This document shows, piece after piece, positions 7,980 to 18,722 of a DNA stretch of 32,000 bases (position 1 is the stretch's first letter; each line of letters opens with the position of its first letter). The position numbers and the translations under genes were made by a program. The notes under the pieces are model-generated. The model had not been told where the DNA came from and ran no database searches. It saw only the letters and a list, made by a program, of their open reading frames with translations. The stretch is from the NCBI RefSeq assembly GCF_000195955.2, contig NC_000962.3, positions 3,990,001 to 4,022,000 of the forward strand, given 5' to 3'. The DNA is from Mycobacterium tuberculosis H37Rv. Lineage in GTDB: Bacteria; Actinomycetota; Actinomycetes; Mycobacteriales; Mycobacteriaceae.

Positions 7980-9638
7980 ATGGCTCATTTTTCGGTGTTG
8001 CCGCCGGAGATCAACTCGTTGCGGATGTACCTGGGTGCCGGTTCGGCGCCGATGCTTCAGGCGGCGGCGGCCTGGGACGGGCTGGCCGCGGAGTTGGGAA
8101 CCGCCGCGTCGTCGTTCTCCTCGGTGACCACGGGGTTAACCGGGCAGGCGTGGCAGGGCCCGGCGTCGGCGGCGATGGCCGCCGCGGCGGCGCCGTATGC
8201 GGGCTTTTTGACCACAGCCTCGGCTCAAGCCCAGCTGGCTGCCGGGCAGGCTAAGGCGGTGGCCAGCGTGTTCGAGGCCGCCAAGGCCGCGATCGTGCCT
8301 CCGGCCGCGGTGGCGGCCAACCGTGAGGCGTTCTTGGCGTTGATTCGGTCGAATTGGCTGGGGCTCAACGCGCCGTGGATCGCCGCCGTTGAAAGCCTTT
8401 ACGAGGAATACTGGGCCGCTGATGTGGCGGCGATGACCGGCTATCACGCCGGGGCCTCGCAGGCCGCCGCGCAGTTGCCGTTGCCGGCCGGCCTGCAACA
8501 GTTCCTCAACACCCTGCCCAATCTGGGCATCGGCAACCAGGGCAACGCCAACCTCGGCGGCGGCAACACCGGCAGCGGCAACATCGGCAACGGAAACAAA
8601 GGCAGCTCCAACCTCGGCGGCGGCAACATCGGCAATAACAACATCGGCAGCGGCAACCGAGGCAGCGACAACTTCGGCGCCGGCAACGTCGGCACCGGAA
8701 ACATCGGCTTCGGCAACCAGGGCCCCATAGACGTTAACCTCTTGGCGACGCCGGGCCAGAACAACGTGGGCCTGGGCAACATCGGCAACAACAACATGGG
8801 CTTCGGCAACACCGGCGACGCCAACACCGGCGGCGGCAACACCGGCAACGGCAACATCGGTGGCGGCAACACCGGCAACAACAACTTCGGCTTCGGCAAC
8901 ACCGGCAACAACAACATCGGAATCGGGCTCACCGGCAACAATCAGATGGGCATCAACCTGGCCGGGCTGCTGAACTCCGGCAGCGGCAATATCGGCATCG
9001 GCAACTCCGGCACCAACAACATCGGCTTGTTCAACTCCGGCAGCGGCAACATCGGCGTCTTCAACACCGGAGCCAATACCCTGGTGCCTGGCGACCTCAA
9101 CAACCTGGGCGTCGGGAATTCCGGCAACGCCAACATCGGCTTCGGGAACGCGGGCGTTCTCAACACCGGCTTCGGGAACGCGAGCATCCTCAACACCGGC
9201 TTGGGGAACGCGGGTGAATTAAACACCGGCTTCGGAAACGCGGGCTTCGTCAACACGGGGTTTGACAACTCCGGCAACGTCAACACCGGCAATGGGAACT
9301 CGGGCAACATCAACACCGGCTCGTGGAATGCGGGCAATGTGAACACCGGTTTCGGGATCATTACCGACAGCGGCCTGACCAACTCGGGCTTCGGCAACAC
9401 CGGCACCGACGTCTCGGGCTTCTTCAACACCCCCACCGGCCCCTTAGCCGTCGACGTCTCCGGGTTCTTCAACACGGCCAGCGGGGGCACTGTCATCAAC
9501 GGCCAGACCTCGGGCATTGGCAACATCGGCGTCCCGGGCACCCTCTTTGGCTCCGTCCGGAGCGGCTTGAACACGGGCCTGTTTAACATGGGCACCGCCA
9601 TATCGGGGTTGTTCAACCTGCGCCAGCTGTTGGGGTAG
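7980..9638 (+). CDS. PPE64: PPE family protein, MPTR subfamily (552 aa)
   Basis: ATG at 7980, preceded by GAGGAGG. N-term [49 protein letters not shown] (WxG-type) and long NxGxGNxG repeats. Confidence 0.95.
   Translation: MAHFSVLPPEINSLRMYLGAGSAPMLQAAAAWDGLAAELGTAASSFSSVTTGLTGQAWQGPASAAMAAAAAPYAGFLTTASAQAQLAAGQAKAVASVFEAAKAAIVPPAAVAANREAFLALIRSNWLGLNAPWIAAVESLYEEYWAADVAAMTGYHAGASQAAAQLPLPAGLQQFLNTLPNLGIGNQGNANLGGGNTGSGNIGNGNKGSSNLGGGNIGNNNIGSGNRGSDNFGAGNVGTGNIGFGNQGPIDVNLLATPGQNNVGLGNIGNNNMGFGNTGDANTGGGNTGNGNIGGGNTGNNNFGFGNTGNNNIGIGLTGNNQMGINLAGLLNSGSGNIGIGNSGTNNIGLFNSGSGNIGVFNTGANTLVPGDLNNLGVGNSGNANIGFGNAGVLNTGFGNASILNTGLGNAGELNTGFGNAGFVNTGFDNSGNVNTGNGNSGNINTGSWNAGNVNTGFGIITDSGLTNSGFGNTGTDVSGFFNTPTGPLAVDVSGFFNTASGGTVINGQTSGIGNIGVPGTLFGSVRSGLNTGLFNMGTAISGLFNLRQLLG
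8515..9550 (+). repeat. MPTR coding repeats (NxGxGNxG array) inside PPE64
   Basis: Degenerate about 15-bp coding units such as GGC AAC ATC GGC / GGC AAC ACC GGC, translated [26 protein letters not shown]. Confidence 0.9.
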
Positions 9639-9646
9639 CGCGACAC

Positions 9647-10431
9647 TCACGGGTGCTGGCAGGATACCGAAATCACCTCACCAGTCAGGTAACTCGAGTA
9701 GTCGCTGGCCAGAAACGCGATGGTGGCCGCCACCTCCCAGGGCTCGGCGGCCCGGCCGAACGCCTCGCCGGCCGCCAGCCGGTCCAGCAGCTCGGCCGAG
9801 GCGGTCTTGTCCAGGAACTTGTGCCGGGCGATGCTGGGCGAGACGGCGTTGATCCGCACCCCATACTCGGCGGCTTCGATTGCGCTGCACCGGGTCAACG
9901 CCATCACCCCGGCCTTGGCGGCGGCATAGTGCGACTGCGAATGCTGGGCCCGCCAGCCCAGCACGCTGGCGTTGTTGACGATCACCCCGCCATGCGGCGC
10001 GTCGCGGAAGTAGCGCAATGCGGCCCGGGTGGCCCGGAACACCGACGTCAGGCTCACGTCTAACACGCGGTCCCACTCGTCGTCGGTCATGTCGGCCACC
10101 GGCGTCTGCCCGCCCAGCCCGGCGTTGTTGACCAGCACGTCGAGCCGGCCCATCCGGGCGGTGGTCGAGTCGATCAGCGCGTCGACCTGGGCGGTGGACG
10201 TCACGTCGCACACCACATGCTCCACCCGGCCCAGCCCCAGCGCAGACAACTCGGCGGCCGTCTCCCCCAGCCGTCGTTCATGGTGGTCCGAGATCACCAC
10301 GTCGGCGCCCTCCGCCAAGGCTCGCCGCGCGGTGGCCGAACCGATGCCGGTGCCCGCAGCCGCCGTCACGACGACCACCTTGCCATCCAGAAGTCCATGT
10401 CCGGCAATCTCTTTCGGCGCTACGGACAGGT

Positions 10432-10435
<4 letters not shown>
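9647..10435 (-). CDS. ipdF: Short-chain dehydrogenase/reductase (262 aa) of the HIP degradation gene set
   Basis: VVVTAAAGTGIGSATARRALAEGADV nucleotide-binding motif, NNAGLGG, SxnnY...K signature (VNNASVLGWRAQHSQSHYAAAKAG). Start MNLSVAPKEI. Confidence 0.9.
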
Positions 10436-11589
<1,154 letters not shown>

Positions 11590-11606
11590 GCCCTGTAGGC
11601 TAACCT

Positions 11607-11620
11607 ACCAAGCACTTGCT
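11607..11620. promoter_or_regulatory. KstR2 operator-like palindrome in the divergent fadE30/fadD3 intergenic region
   Basis: ACCAAGCACTTGCT matches AnCAAGnnCTTGnT, within the 47-bp gap between divergent starts. Confidence 0.87.
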
Positions 11621-11636
11621 TTGTTAGGAGCGTCCG

Positions 11637-13160
11637 TTGATAAACGATCTGCGCACCGTGCCCGCGGCGCTGGATCGTCTCGTGCGCCAGCTACCCGACC
11701 ACACGGCGTTGATCGCCGAGGACCGGCGTTTCACGTCGACCGAGCTGCGCGACGCGGTCTACGGCGCCGCGGCGGCGCTGATCGCCCTCGGTGTCGAACC
11801 CGCAGACCGGGTGGCCATCTGGTCGCCGAACACCTGGCACTGGGTGGTGGCCTGCCTGGCGATCCACCACGCCGGCGCCGCGGTGGTGCCGTTGAACACC
11901 CGCTACACCGCCACAGAAGCCACCGACATCTTGGACCGAGCCGGCGCGCCGGTGCTGTTCGCGGCGGGCCTCTTCCTGGGCGCCGACCGGGCGGCCGGCC
12001 TGGACCGGGCCGCGCTGCCCGCGTTGCGGCACGTCGTGCGGGTGCCGGTCGAAGCCGACGACGGGACCTGGGACGAGTTCATCGCCACGGGTGCCGGGGC
12101 CCTGGATGCCGTCGCAGCCCGTGCCGCCGCCGTCGCACCCCAGGACGTCAGCGACATCCTGTTCACCTCCGGCACCACCGGCCGCAGCAAAGGCGTGCTG
12201 TGCGCGCACCGGCAGTCGCTGTCGGCCTCGGCATCCTGGGCCGCCAACGGGAAGATCACCAGCGACGACCGCTACCTGTGCATCAACCCGTTCTTCCACA
12301 ACTTCGGCTACAAGGCCGGCATCCTGGCCTGCCTGCAGACCGGTGCCACGCTGATCCCGCACGTGACGTTCGATCCGCTGCACGCGCTGCGGGCCATCGA
12401 GCGCCACCGCATCACCGTGTTGCCGGGCCCTCCGACCATCTACCAGAGCCTGCTGGATCACCCGGCCCGCAAAGACTTCGACCTGAGCTCGCTGCGGTTC
12501 GCGGTCACCGGTGCGGCCACCGTGCCGGTGGTGCTGGTGGAGCGCATGCAGTCCGAACTTGACATCGACATCGTGCTGACCGCCTACGGGTTGACCGAGG
12601 CCAACGGGATGGGGACGATGTGCCGCCCCGAGGACGACGCGGTGACCGTTGCGACGACGTGCGGGCGGCCGTTCGCCGACTTTGAGTTGCGCATTGCGGA
12701 CGACGGGGAAGTGTTGCTGCGCGGGCCGAACGTCATGGTGGGCTATCTGGACGACACGGAGGCGACCGCGGCCGCCATCGACGCCGACGGCTGGCTGCAC
12801 ACCGGCGACATCGGTGCCGTCGACCAGGCGGGCAACCTGCGCATCACCGACCGCCTGAAGGACATGTACATCTGCGGCGGATTCAACGTCTATCCCGCCG
12901 AGGTCGAGCAGGTGCTGGCCCGGATGGACGGCGTCGCGGACGCCGCGGTGATCGGCGTTCCCGACCAGCGGCTGGGCGAGGTCGGCCGGGCGTTCGTGGT
13001 GGCGCGCCCCGGCACGGGCCTCGACGAGGCATCGGTGATCGCTTACACCCGTGAACATTTGGCGAACTTCAAGACACCCCGGTCGGTGCGGTTCGTCGAC
13101 GTACTGCCGCGCAACGCCGCCGGTAAGGTGAGCAAACCACAACTGCGAGAGCTGGGCTAG
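11637..13160 (+). CDS. fadD3: HIP-CoA ligase / acyl-CoA synthetase (507 aa)
   Basis: Adenylating-enzyme motifs DILFTSGTTGRSKGV, YGLTEANG, GWLHTGDIG, and PRNAAGKVSKPQL. TTG start at 11637. Confidence 0.93.
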   Translation: MINDLRTVPAALDRLVRQLPDHTALIAEDRRFTSTELRDAVYGAAAALIALGVEPADRVAIWSPNTWHWVVACLAIHHAGAAVVPLNTRYTATEATDILDRAGAPVLFAAGLFLGADRAAGLDRAALPALRHVVRVPVEADDGTWDEFIATGAGALDAVAARAAAVAPQDVSDILFTSGTTGRSKGVLCAHRQSLSASASWAANGKITSDDRYLCINPFFHNFGYKAGILACLQTGATLIPHVTFDPLHALRAIERHRITVLPGPPTIYQSLLDHPARKDFDLSSLRFAVTGAATVPVVLVERMQSELDIDIVLTAYGLTEANGMGTMCRPEDDAVTVATTCGRPFADFELRIADDGEVLLRGPNVMVGYLDDTEATAAAIDADGWLHTGDIGAVDQAGNLRITDRLKDMYICGGFNVYPAEVEQVLARMDGVADAAVIGVPDQRLGEVGRAFVVARPGTGLDEASVIAYTREHLANFKTPRSVRFVDVLPRNAAGKVSKPQLRELG

Positions 13161-14294
13161 ATGGACCTGAATTTCGACGACGAGACCCTGGCCTTTCAGG
13201 CCGAGGTGCGCGAGTTCCTCGCCGCCAATGCCGCATCGATCCCGACGAAGTCCTACGACAATGCGGAAGGCTTTGCGCAACACCGTTATTGGGACCGAGT
13301 ACTGTTCGACGCGGGCCTGTCGGTGATCACCTGGCCGGCTAAGTATGGTGGCCGGGACGCGCCGCTGCTGCACTGGATCGTGTTCGAGGAGGAGTACTTT
13401 CGCGCCGGCGCCCCGGGCCGGGCCAGCGCCAACGGCACCTCGATGCTGGCGCCGACGCTGTTCGCGCACGGCACAGCCGAACAGCTTGACCGGATCCTGC
13501 CGAAAATGGCTAGCGGCGAACAGATCTGGGCGCAGGCCTGGTCGGAGCCGGAATCCGGCAGCGACCTGGCGTCGCTGCGCTCCACCGCGAGCAAGGTCGA
13601 CGGCGGCTGGCTACTCAACGGGCAGAAGATCTGGAGCTCGCGGGCGCCGTTCGCCGACATGGGTTTTGGGCTGTTCCGCTCCGATCCCGCGGTCGAACGG
13701 CACCGCGGGCTCACGTATTTCATGTTCGACCTGAAAGCCAAGGGTGTTACCGTGCGCCCAATCGCCCAACTGGGCGGCGACACCGGTTTCGGTGAGATCT
13801 TTCTCGACGACGTGTTCGTCCCCGACCGGGATGTGATTGGGGCACCGAACGACGGATGGCGCGCGGCCATGAGCACGTCAAGCAACGAGCGCGGCATGTC
13901 GCTGCGCAGCCCAGCCCGCTTCCTGGCCTCCGCCGAACGGCTGGTCCAGCTGTGGAAGGACCGCGGCTCGCCCCCGGAGTTCGCCGACCGGGTCGCCGAC
14001 GCCTGGATCAAGGCGCAGGCCTACCGGCTGCAGACCTTCGGCACGGTGACCAGGCTGGCCGCCGGTGGCGAACTGGGGGCGGAATCGTCGGTGACCAAGG
14101 TGTTCTGGTCCGAGCTGGACGTGCACTTGCATCAGACCGCGCTCGACCTGCGCGGCGCCGATGGGGAGCTGGCCGGCCCGTGGACCGAGGGGTTGCTGTT
14201 CGCCCTGGGCGGCCCGATCTATGCCGGGACCAACGAAATCCAGCGCAACATCATTGCCGAACGGCTGCTGGGCCTGCCACGCGAGAAGACGTGA
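13161..14294 (+). CDS. fadE31: Acyl-CoA dehydrogenase (377 aa)
   Basis: AWSEPESGSDLASLRSTASKVDGGWLLNGQKIWSSRA and GTNEIQRNIIAERLLGLPREK; abuts fadD3. Confidence 0.93.
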   Translation: MDLNFDDETLAFQAEVREFLAANAASIPTKSYDNAEGFAQHRYWDRVLFDAGLSVITWPAKYGGRDAPLLHWIVFEEEYFRAGAPGRASANGTSMLAPTLFAHGTAEQLDRILPKMASGEQIWAQAWSEPESGSDLASLRSTASKVDGGWLLNGQKIWSSRAPFADMGFGLFRSDPAVERHRGLTYFMFDLKAKGVTVRPIAQLGGDTGFGEIFLDDVFVPDRDVIGAPNDGWRAAMSTSSNERGMSLRSPARFLASAERLVQLWKDRGSPPEFADRVADAWIKAQAYRLQTFGTVTRLAAGGELGAESSVTKVFWSELDVHLHQTALDLRGADGELAGPWTEGLLFALGGPIYAGTNEIQRNIIAERLLGLPREKT

Positions 14295-15250
14295 CCATGG
14301 AATTCGCACTCAACGAACAGCAGCGCGACTTCGCGGCCAGCATCGACGCGGCGCTCGGCGCCGCCGACCTGCCCGGCGTCGTCCGTGCTTGGGCTGCCGG
14401 TGATGTGGCGCCCGGCCGCAAGGTGTGGCAGCAGTTGGCCAACCTGGGCGTCACCGCGTTGGGCGTAGCGGAGAAGTTCGACGGACTGGGTGCCAGTCCG
14501 GTCGATCTGGTTGTCGCGCTCGAACGTCTCGGGCGCTGGTGCGTGCCCGGCCCGGTCACCGAATCCATTGCCGTGGCACCGATTCTGCTGGCTCATGATG
14601 ATCAGGCTGAACGCAGCCATGGGCTAGCTTCCGGTGAGCTCATCGCCACCGTGGCCATGCCGCCGCGGGTTCCGCGCGCCGTCGACGCCGACACCGCCGG
14701 GCTGGTACTGCTCGCGGGCGATGGCAGCGTCACCGAAGGGACGCCGGGTGATTGCCACCGGTCCGTCGACCCCAGCCGGCGGCTGTATGAGGTGGCGGCA
14801 TCCGGCCAGGCCTGGCGGGCCCCGAAAGACGTAGTGGCGCGCGCCTATGAGTTCGGGGCGCTGGCCACCGCCGCACAACTGGTCGGCGCCGGGCAGGCGC
14901 TGCTGGAGGCCGCCGTCAACTACGCCAAACAGCGCACGCAGTTCGGCCGGGCGATCGGCTCGTATCAGGCCATCAAGCACAAACTCGCCGACGTGCACAT
15001 TGCGATCGAGCTGGCCTGCCCCCTGGTTTACGGCGCGGCCGTGTCACTCGAGCCGCGCGATGTCAGCGCCGCCAAAGCCGCCGCGAGCGAGGCGGCTCTG
15101 CTGGCGGCACGCTGGGCGTTGCAGACCCACGGCGCCATCGGGTTCACCTGCGAGCATGACCTGTCGCTGTGGTTGTTGCGGGTGCAGGCGTTGCACTCGG
15201 CCTGGGGTACGCCGCAGGAGCATCGGCGGCGTGTGCTGGAGGCGCTATGA
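14291..15250 (+). CDS. fadE32: Acyl-CoA dehydrogenase-like subunit (319 aa)
   Basis: GTG at 14291 overlaps fadE31 stop. MEFALNEQQRDFAASIDAAL...YAKQRTQFGRAIGSYQAIKHKLADVHI. Confidence 0.92.
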   Translation: MTMEFALNEQQRDFAASIDAALGAADLPGVVRAWAAGDVAPGRKVWQQLANLGVTALGVAEKFDGLGASPVDLVVALERLGRWCVPGPVTESIAVAPILLAHDDQAERSHGLASGELIATVAMPPRVPRAVDADTAGLVLLAGDGSVTEGTPGDCHRSVDPSRRLYEVAASGQAWRAPKDVVARAYEFGALATAAQLVGAGQALLEAAVNYAKQRTQFGRAIGSYQAIKHKLADVHIAIELACPLVYGAAVSLEPRDVSAAKAAASEAALLAARWALQTHGAIGFTCEHDLSLWLLRVQALHSAWGTPQEHRRRVLEAL

Positions 15251-16203
15251 CCCCCCCTGAAGAACGGCAGATGCTACGGGAAACCGTCGCCTCCCTGGTG
15301 GCTAAGCATGCCGGCCCGGCGGCGGTGCGCGCAGCGATGGCCTCCGACCGCGGCTACGACGAATCGCTGTGGCGGCTGCTATGTGAGCAGGTCGGTGCCG
15401 CCGCGCTGGTCATTCCGGAGGAGCTGGGCGGCGCGGGCGGTGAACTCGCCGATGCCGCGATCGTCGTGCAGGAGCTGGGCCGGGCGCTGGTGCCTTCTCC
15501 GCTGCTGGGCACCACGCTGGCGGAGCTGGCGCTGCTGGCCGCAGCTAAGCCGGATGCGCAAGCACTCACGGAGCTTGCCCAAGGCAGCGCGATCGGCGCG
15601 CTGGTGTTGGACCCCGACTACGTGGTCAACGGCGACATCGCCGATATCGTCGTCGCCGCCACCAGCGGGCAGCTGACCAGGTGGACTCGCTTTAGCGCGC
15701 AGCCCGTCGCCACCATGGACCCCACTCGCCGGCTGGCCCGCCTGCAATCCGAAGAGACCGAGCCGCTGTGCCCCGATCCCGGAATCGCCGACACCGCAGC
15801 AATCCTGTTGGCGGCCGAGCAGATCGGCGCCGCCGAACGCTGCCTGCAGCTGACCGTCGAATACGCCAAGAGCCGAGTGCAATTCGGCCGCCCGATCGGC
15901 AGTTTCCAGGCCCTCAAGCATCGGATGGCCGACCTGTATGTGACCATCGCCGCGGCCCGGGCCGTCGTCGCCGACGCCTGCCACGCGCCCACACCCACCA
16001 ACGCCGCCACCGCGCGGCTGGCCGCCAGCGAGGCGTTGAGCACCGCGGCGGCCGAGGGCATCCAACTGCACGGCGGCATCGCGATCACCTGGGAACACGA
16101 CATGCACCTGTATTTCAAACGAGCGCACGGCAGTGCACAATTGCTCGAGTCGCCACGAGAGGTGCTGCGCCGTTTGGAATCTGAGGTGTGGGAGTCGCCG
16201 TGA
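15247..16203 (+). CDS. fadE33: Acyl-CoA dehydrogenase-like subunit (318 aa)
   Basis: ATG at 15247 overlaps fadE32 stop. VEYAKSRVQFGRPIGSFQALKHRMADLYV and HGGIAITWEHDMHLYFKRA. Confidence 0.92.
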   Translation: MTPPEERQMLRETVASLVAKHAGPAAVRAAMASDRGYDESLWRLLCEQVGAAALVIPEELGGAGGELADAAIVVQELGRALVPSPLLGTTLAELALLAAAKPDAQALTELAQGSAIGALVLDPDYVVNGDIADIVVAATSGQLTRWTRFSAQPVATMDPTRRLARLQSEETEPLCPDPGIADTAAILLAAEQIGAAERCLQLTVEYAKSRVQFGRPIGSFQALKHRMADLYVTIAAARAVVADACHAPTPTNAATARLAASEALSTAAAEGIQLHGGIAITWEHDMHLYFKRAHGSAQLLESPREVLRRLESEVWESP

Positions 16204-17366
16204 CGGATCGTGTCGCCCTGCGTGCCGGCGTTCCCCCGTTCTACGTGATGGACGTCTGGTTGGCGGCCGCGGAGCGCCAGCGCACCCATGGGGATCTGGT
16301 GAATCTTTCGGCGGGCCAACCCAGTGCGGGCGCTCCGGAACCGGTGCGTGCGGCCGCGGCCGCCGCCCTGCATCTCAACCAGTTGGGATACTCGGTGGCG
16401 CTGGGTATTCCGGAGCTGCGCGACGCTATCGCCGCGGATTACCAACGCCGGCATGGCATCACCGTCGAACCCGATGCGGTGGTGATCACCACGGGCTCCT
16501 CGGGCGGCTTTCTGCTCGCGTTTCTGGCGTGCTTCGACGCCGGTGATCGGGTCGCGATGGCCAGTCCCGGCTACCCGTGCTACCGGAATATCCTGTCAGC
16601 GCTGGGATGTGAGGTCGTGGAGATCCCGTGCGGACCGCAGACCCGATTCCAACCGACCGCGCAGATGCTGGCCGAGATCGACCCACCGCTGCGCGGTGTC
16701 GTCGTCGCCAGCCCGGCCAACCCGACCGGAACCGTCATCCCGCCCGAAGAACTGGCGGCCATCGCGTCGTGGTGTGACGCATCGGATGTCCGGTTGATCA
16801 GTGATGAGGTCTACCACGGCCTGGTGTACCAGGGGGCACCGCAAACCAGCTGCGCCTGGCAGACGTCGCGAAACGCGGTGGTAGTCAACAGCTTTTCCAA
16901 GTATTACGCGATGACGGGCTGGCGGCTGGGCTGGCTGCTGGTGCCGACGGTGCTGCGCCGCGCGGTGGACTGCCTGACCGGCAACTTCACCATCTGCCCG
17001 CCGGTCTTGTCGCAGATCGCCGCGGTGTCCGCGTTCACCCCGGAGGCGACCGCCGAGGCCGACGGCAACCTGGCCAGCTACGCGATCAACCGCTCGCTGT
17101 TGCTGGACGGTCTGCGTCGCATCGGCATCGACCGGCTGGCACCCACCGACGGCGCATTCTACGTCTACGCCGACGTCTCGGACTTCACCAGCGATTCGCT
17201 GGCCTTCTGCTCAAAGTTGCTGGCCGACACCGGTGTTGCGATCGCACCCGGAATCGATTTCGACACCGCACGGGGGGGTTCGTTTGTTCGGATATCGTTT
17301 GCCGGGCCAAGCGGCGACATCGAAGAAGCCTTACGGCGCATCGGCTCCTGGCTGCCGAGCCAATAG
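16200..17366 (+). CDS. aspB: PLP-dependent class I/II aminotransferase (388 aa)
   Basis: GTG at 16200 overlaps fadE33 stop. ASPANPTGTVI, SDEVYHGLVYQG and VVNSFSKYYAMTGWRLGW (PLP lysine motif). Confidence 0.93.
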   Translation: MTDRVALRAGVPPFYVMDVWLAAAERQRTHGDLVNLSAGQPSAGAPEPVRAAAAAALHLNQLGYSVALGIPELRDAIAADYQRRHGITVEPDAVVITTGSSGGFLLAFLACFDAGDRVAMASPGYPCYRNILSALGCEVVEIPCGPQTRFQPTAQMLAEIDPPLRGVVVASPANPTGTVIPPEELAAIASWCDASDVRLISDEVYHGLVYQGAPQTSCAWQTSRNAVVVNSFSKYYAMTGWRLGWLLVPTVLRRAVDCLTGNFTICPPVLSQIAAVSAFTPEATAEADGNLASYAINRSLLLDGLRRIGIDRLAPTDGAFYVYADVSDFTSDSLAFCSKLLADTGVAIAPGIDFDTARGGSFVRISFAGPSGDIEEALRRIGSWLPSQ

Positions 17367-18182
17367 CTCGTCGATGCGCGTCTCGAGCGCGCCGCGCTCG
17401 CCGATATCTGCCACGTTGATCCCGAACCGTTCGCTCAGGGTGTCGACAACCGCTGCCGCATCGGCAAGGCGGATCTTCTCGGTACCACCGGCACGGTGAA
17501 CGGCAAGGTCGCGGCCAGATAGGTTCCACCGGGCGTCGTCGGTGATCACCGCGGCGGTCAGTCCCGTGACGAACTTCGATGCCGGGTGTGTTGAGGCGTA
17601 CCAGCTGGCCACTTTCAGATCGATCTGCGGGCGGGTCTGGGTGGTGAATTCGTACAGTGTCTGCCATGTGTCCCGGACCATCGCCTGCAAGACAAAGCCG
17701 TCGACGCGGTCCTCGAGCCGATAAGGTTCGTGCGTTGTCGGCTGGACGGCGCCGGTTTCGAGGCGAAGCGGTGAGGTCGGTGTTTGGCCGCCGAATCCGA
17801 CGTCGACGAGATAGCATCCGCCCGAGCCGGGGAACGTGACCCCCAGCAGGGTGTGCGTCTGCGGCGGCAGGGGCGCGTCCGGCGCGAGCTTCCAGACGAC
17901 GCGGGCGGCGAATCGGCGCACCCGATAGCCGAGTTCGGCCAGCACATAACCCATCAGCCCGTTGTGCTCAAAGCAGTACCCGCCTCGGCGCCGAAGTACC
18001 AGCTTGTCGGCCAGCGCCTGTGGACTGAGGTCGTCGACCGGCACCCCCAGCAGCGGGTCGAGGTTCTCGAACGGAATCGTTCGACTGTGCACGGTCACCA
18101 GATCCTGCAGAACATCCAGGGTTGGATCGGTAGCGCCGCGATAGTTGATGCGATCGAAGTACGCGGTCAGATCCAGTGCCAT
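17331..18182 (-). CDS. nat: Arylamine N-acetyltransferase (283 aa)
   Basis: MALDLTAYFDRINYRG. Catalytic triad Cys70 (RRRGGYCFEHN), His110 and Asp127 (LVDVGFGG) fall at the expected residue numbers. Confidence 0.95.
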   Translation of the reverse strand: MALDLTAYFDRINYRGATDPTLDVLQDLVTVHSRTIPFENLDPLLGVPVDDLSPQALADKLVLRRRGGYCFEHNGLMGYVLAELGYRVRRFAARVVWKLAPDAPLPPQTHTLLGVTFPGSGGCYLVDVGFGGQTPTSPLRLETGAVQPTTHEPYRLEDRVDGFVLQAMVRDTWQTLYEFTTQTRPQIDLKVASWYASTHPASKFVTGLTAAVITDDARWNLSGRDLAVHRAGGTEKIRLADAAAVVDTLSERFGINVADIGERGALETRIDELLARQPGADAP

Positions 18183-18433
18183 GTTGCCATTCTGACCTCG
18201 TCGCCGCGTCGGACCGACCGCAGGGTATTCGGGCGTTCGTCGCGCAGCCGGCCAACTATGTCGCACCGATTGTGGTTTGCCACATGAGTTTCTGGGTCGA
18301 CGGCAAACAAAGTGCCCTCGCAGCGACACGTGTCGGCGGCTACGGCAAACTGCCCGCTGACACTCACCCATCCGGTGGCTGCTCGCGCCATCTGGCCGAA
18401 TGCCCGGCGGGTCGGAGGATCGGCGCCGGACAC
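18167..18433 (-). CDS. Hypothetical short ORF (88 aa) immediately upstream of nat, uncertain
   Basis: Minus-strand ORF whose stop overlaps the nat start by 16 bp. No recognisable domain, so it could be spurious. Confidence 0.3.
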   Translation of the reverse strand: MSGADPPTRRAFGQMARAATGWVSVSGQFAVAADTCRCEGTLFAVDPETHVANHNRCDIVGRLRDERPNTLRSVRRGDEVRMATWHWI

Positions 18434-18460
18434 AACAACGCATCATGATGCCTGTTACTG

Positions 18461-18722
18461 ATGCTATTGCCGACCCACGGCACCGGAGGCTTGCAGGCCG
18501 GTGTCGACTTGGACGACAAGGAAGCCCTCGCCGAACTGATCGGCGACAATGCTGCTCCTTGACGTAAGCGTCTGCATATTCGCCATCCGCGAGGACAGCT
18601 GCCCCAACCACGCGACATACCGGACGTGGCTCACCAGACTGCTTACCGGCGACGGCGAGCAGACGCAAAATCGCCCAACACGCCCGCAAAATGGGCGATT
18701 TTGCGTCTGCTCGCGCCACTAG
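18461..18722 (+). pseudogene. Probable vapBC-like toxin-antitoxin remnant (antitoxin C-terminal tail plus toxin PIN-domain N-terminus)
   Basis: 18461-18562 translates to MLLPTHGTGGLQAGVDLDDKEALAELIGDNAAP*. The overlapping 18549-18722 translates to MLLLDVSVCIFAIREDSCPNHATYRTWLTRLLTGDGEQTQNRPTRPQNGRFCVCSRH*, which resembles a VapC N-terminus before running into the hairpin. Confidence 0.6.
18655..18714. repeat. Hairpin element with perfect 23-bp arms and 14-nt loop
   Basis: GCGAGCAGACGCAAAATCGCCCA (18655-18677), loop ACACGCCCGCAAAA, TGGGCGATTTTGCGTCTGCTCGC (18692-18714). Lies just past the hsaB stop codon. Confidence 0.92.

Noticed and set aside
8515-9550. Dense short direct repeats that could look like a CRISPR or satellite array
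   Set aside because: They are in frame, translate to NxGxGNxG, and belong to the PPE-MPTR coding repeats. There is no alternation of constant repeats and unique spacers.
11691-13469. 592-aa minus-strand ORF opposite fadD3
   Set aside because: High-GC antisense frame artefact. Composition is R/G/A/H-rich with no domain, and the opposite strand encodes a full AMP-ligase.
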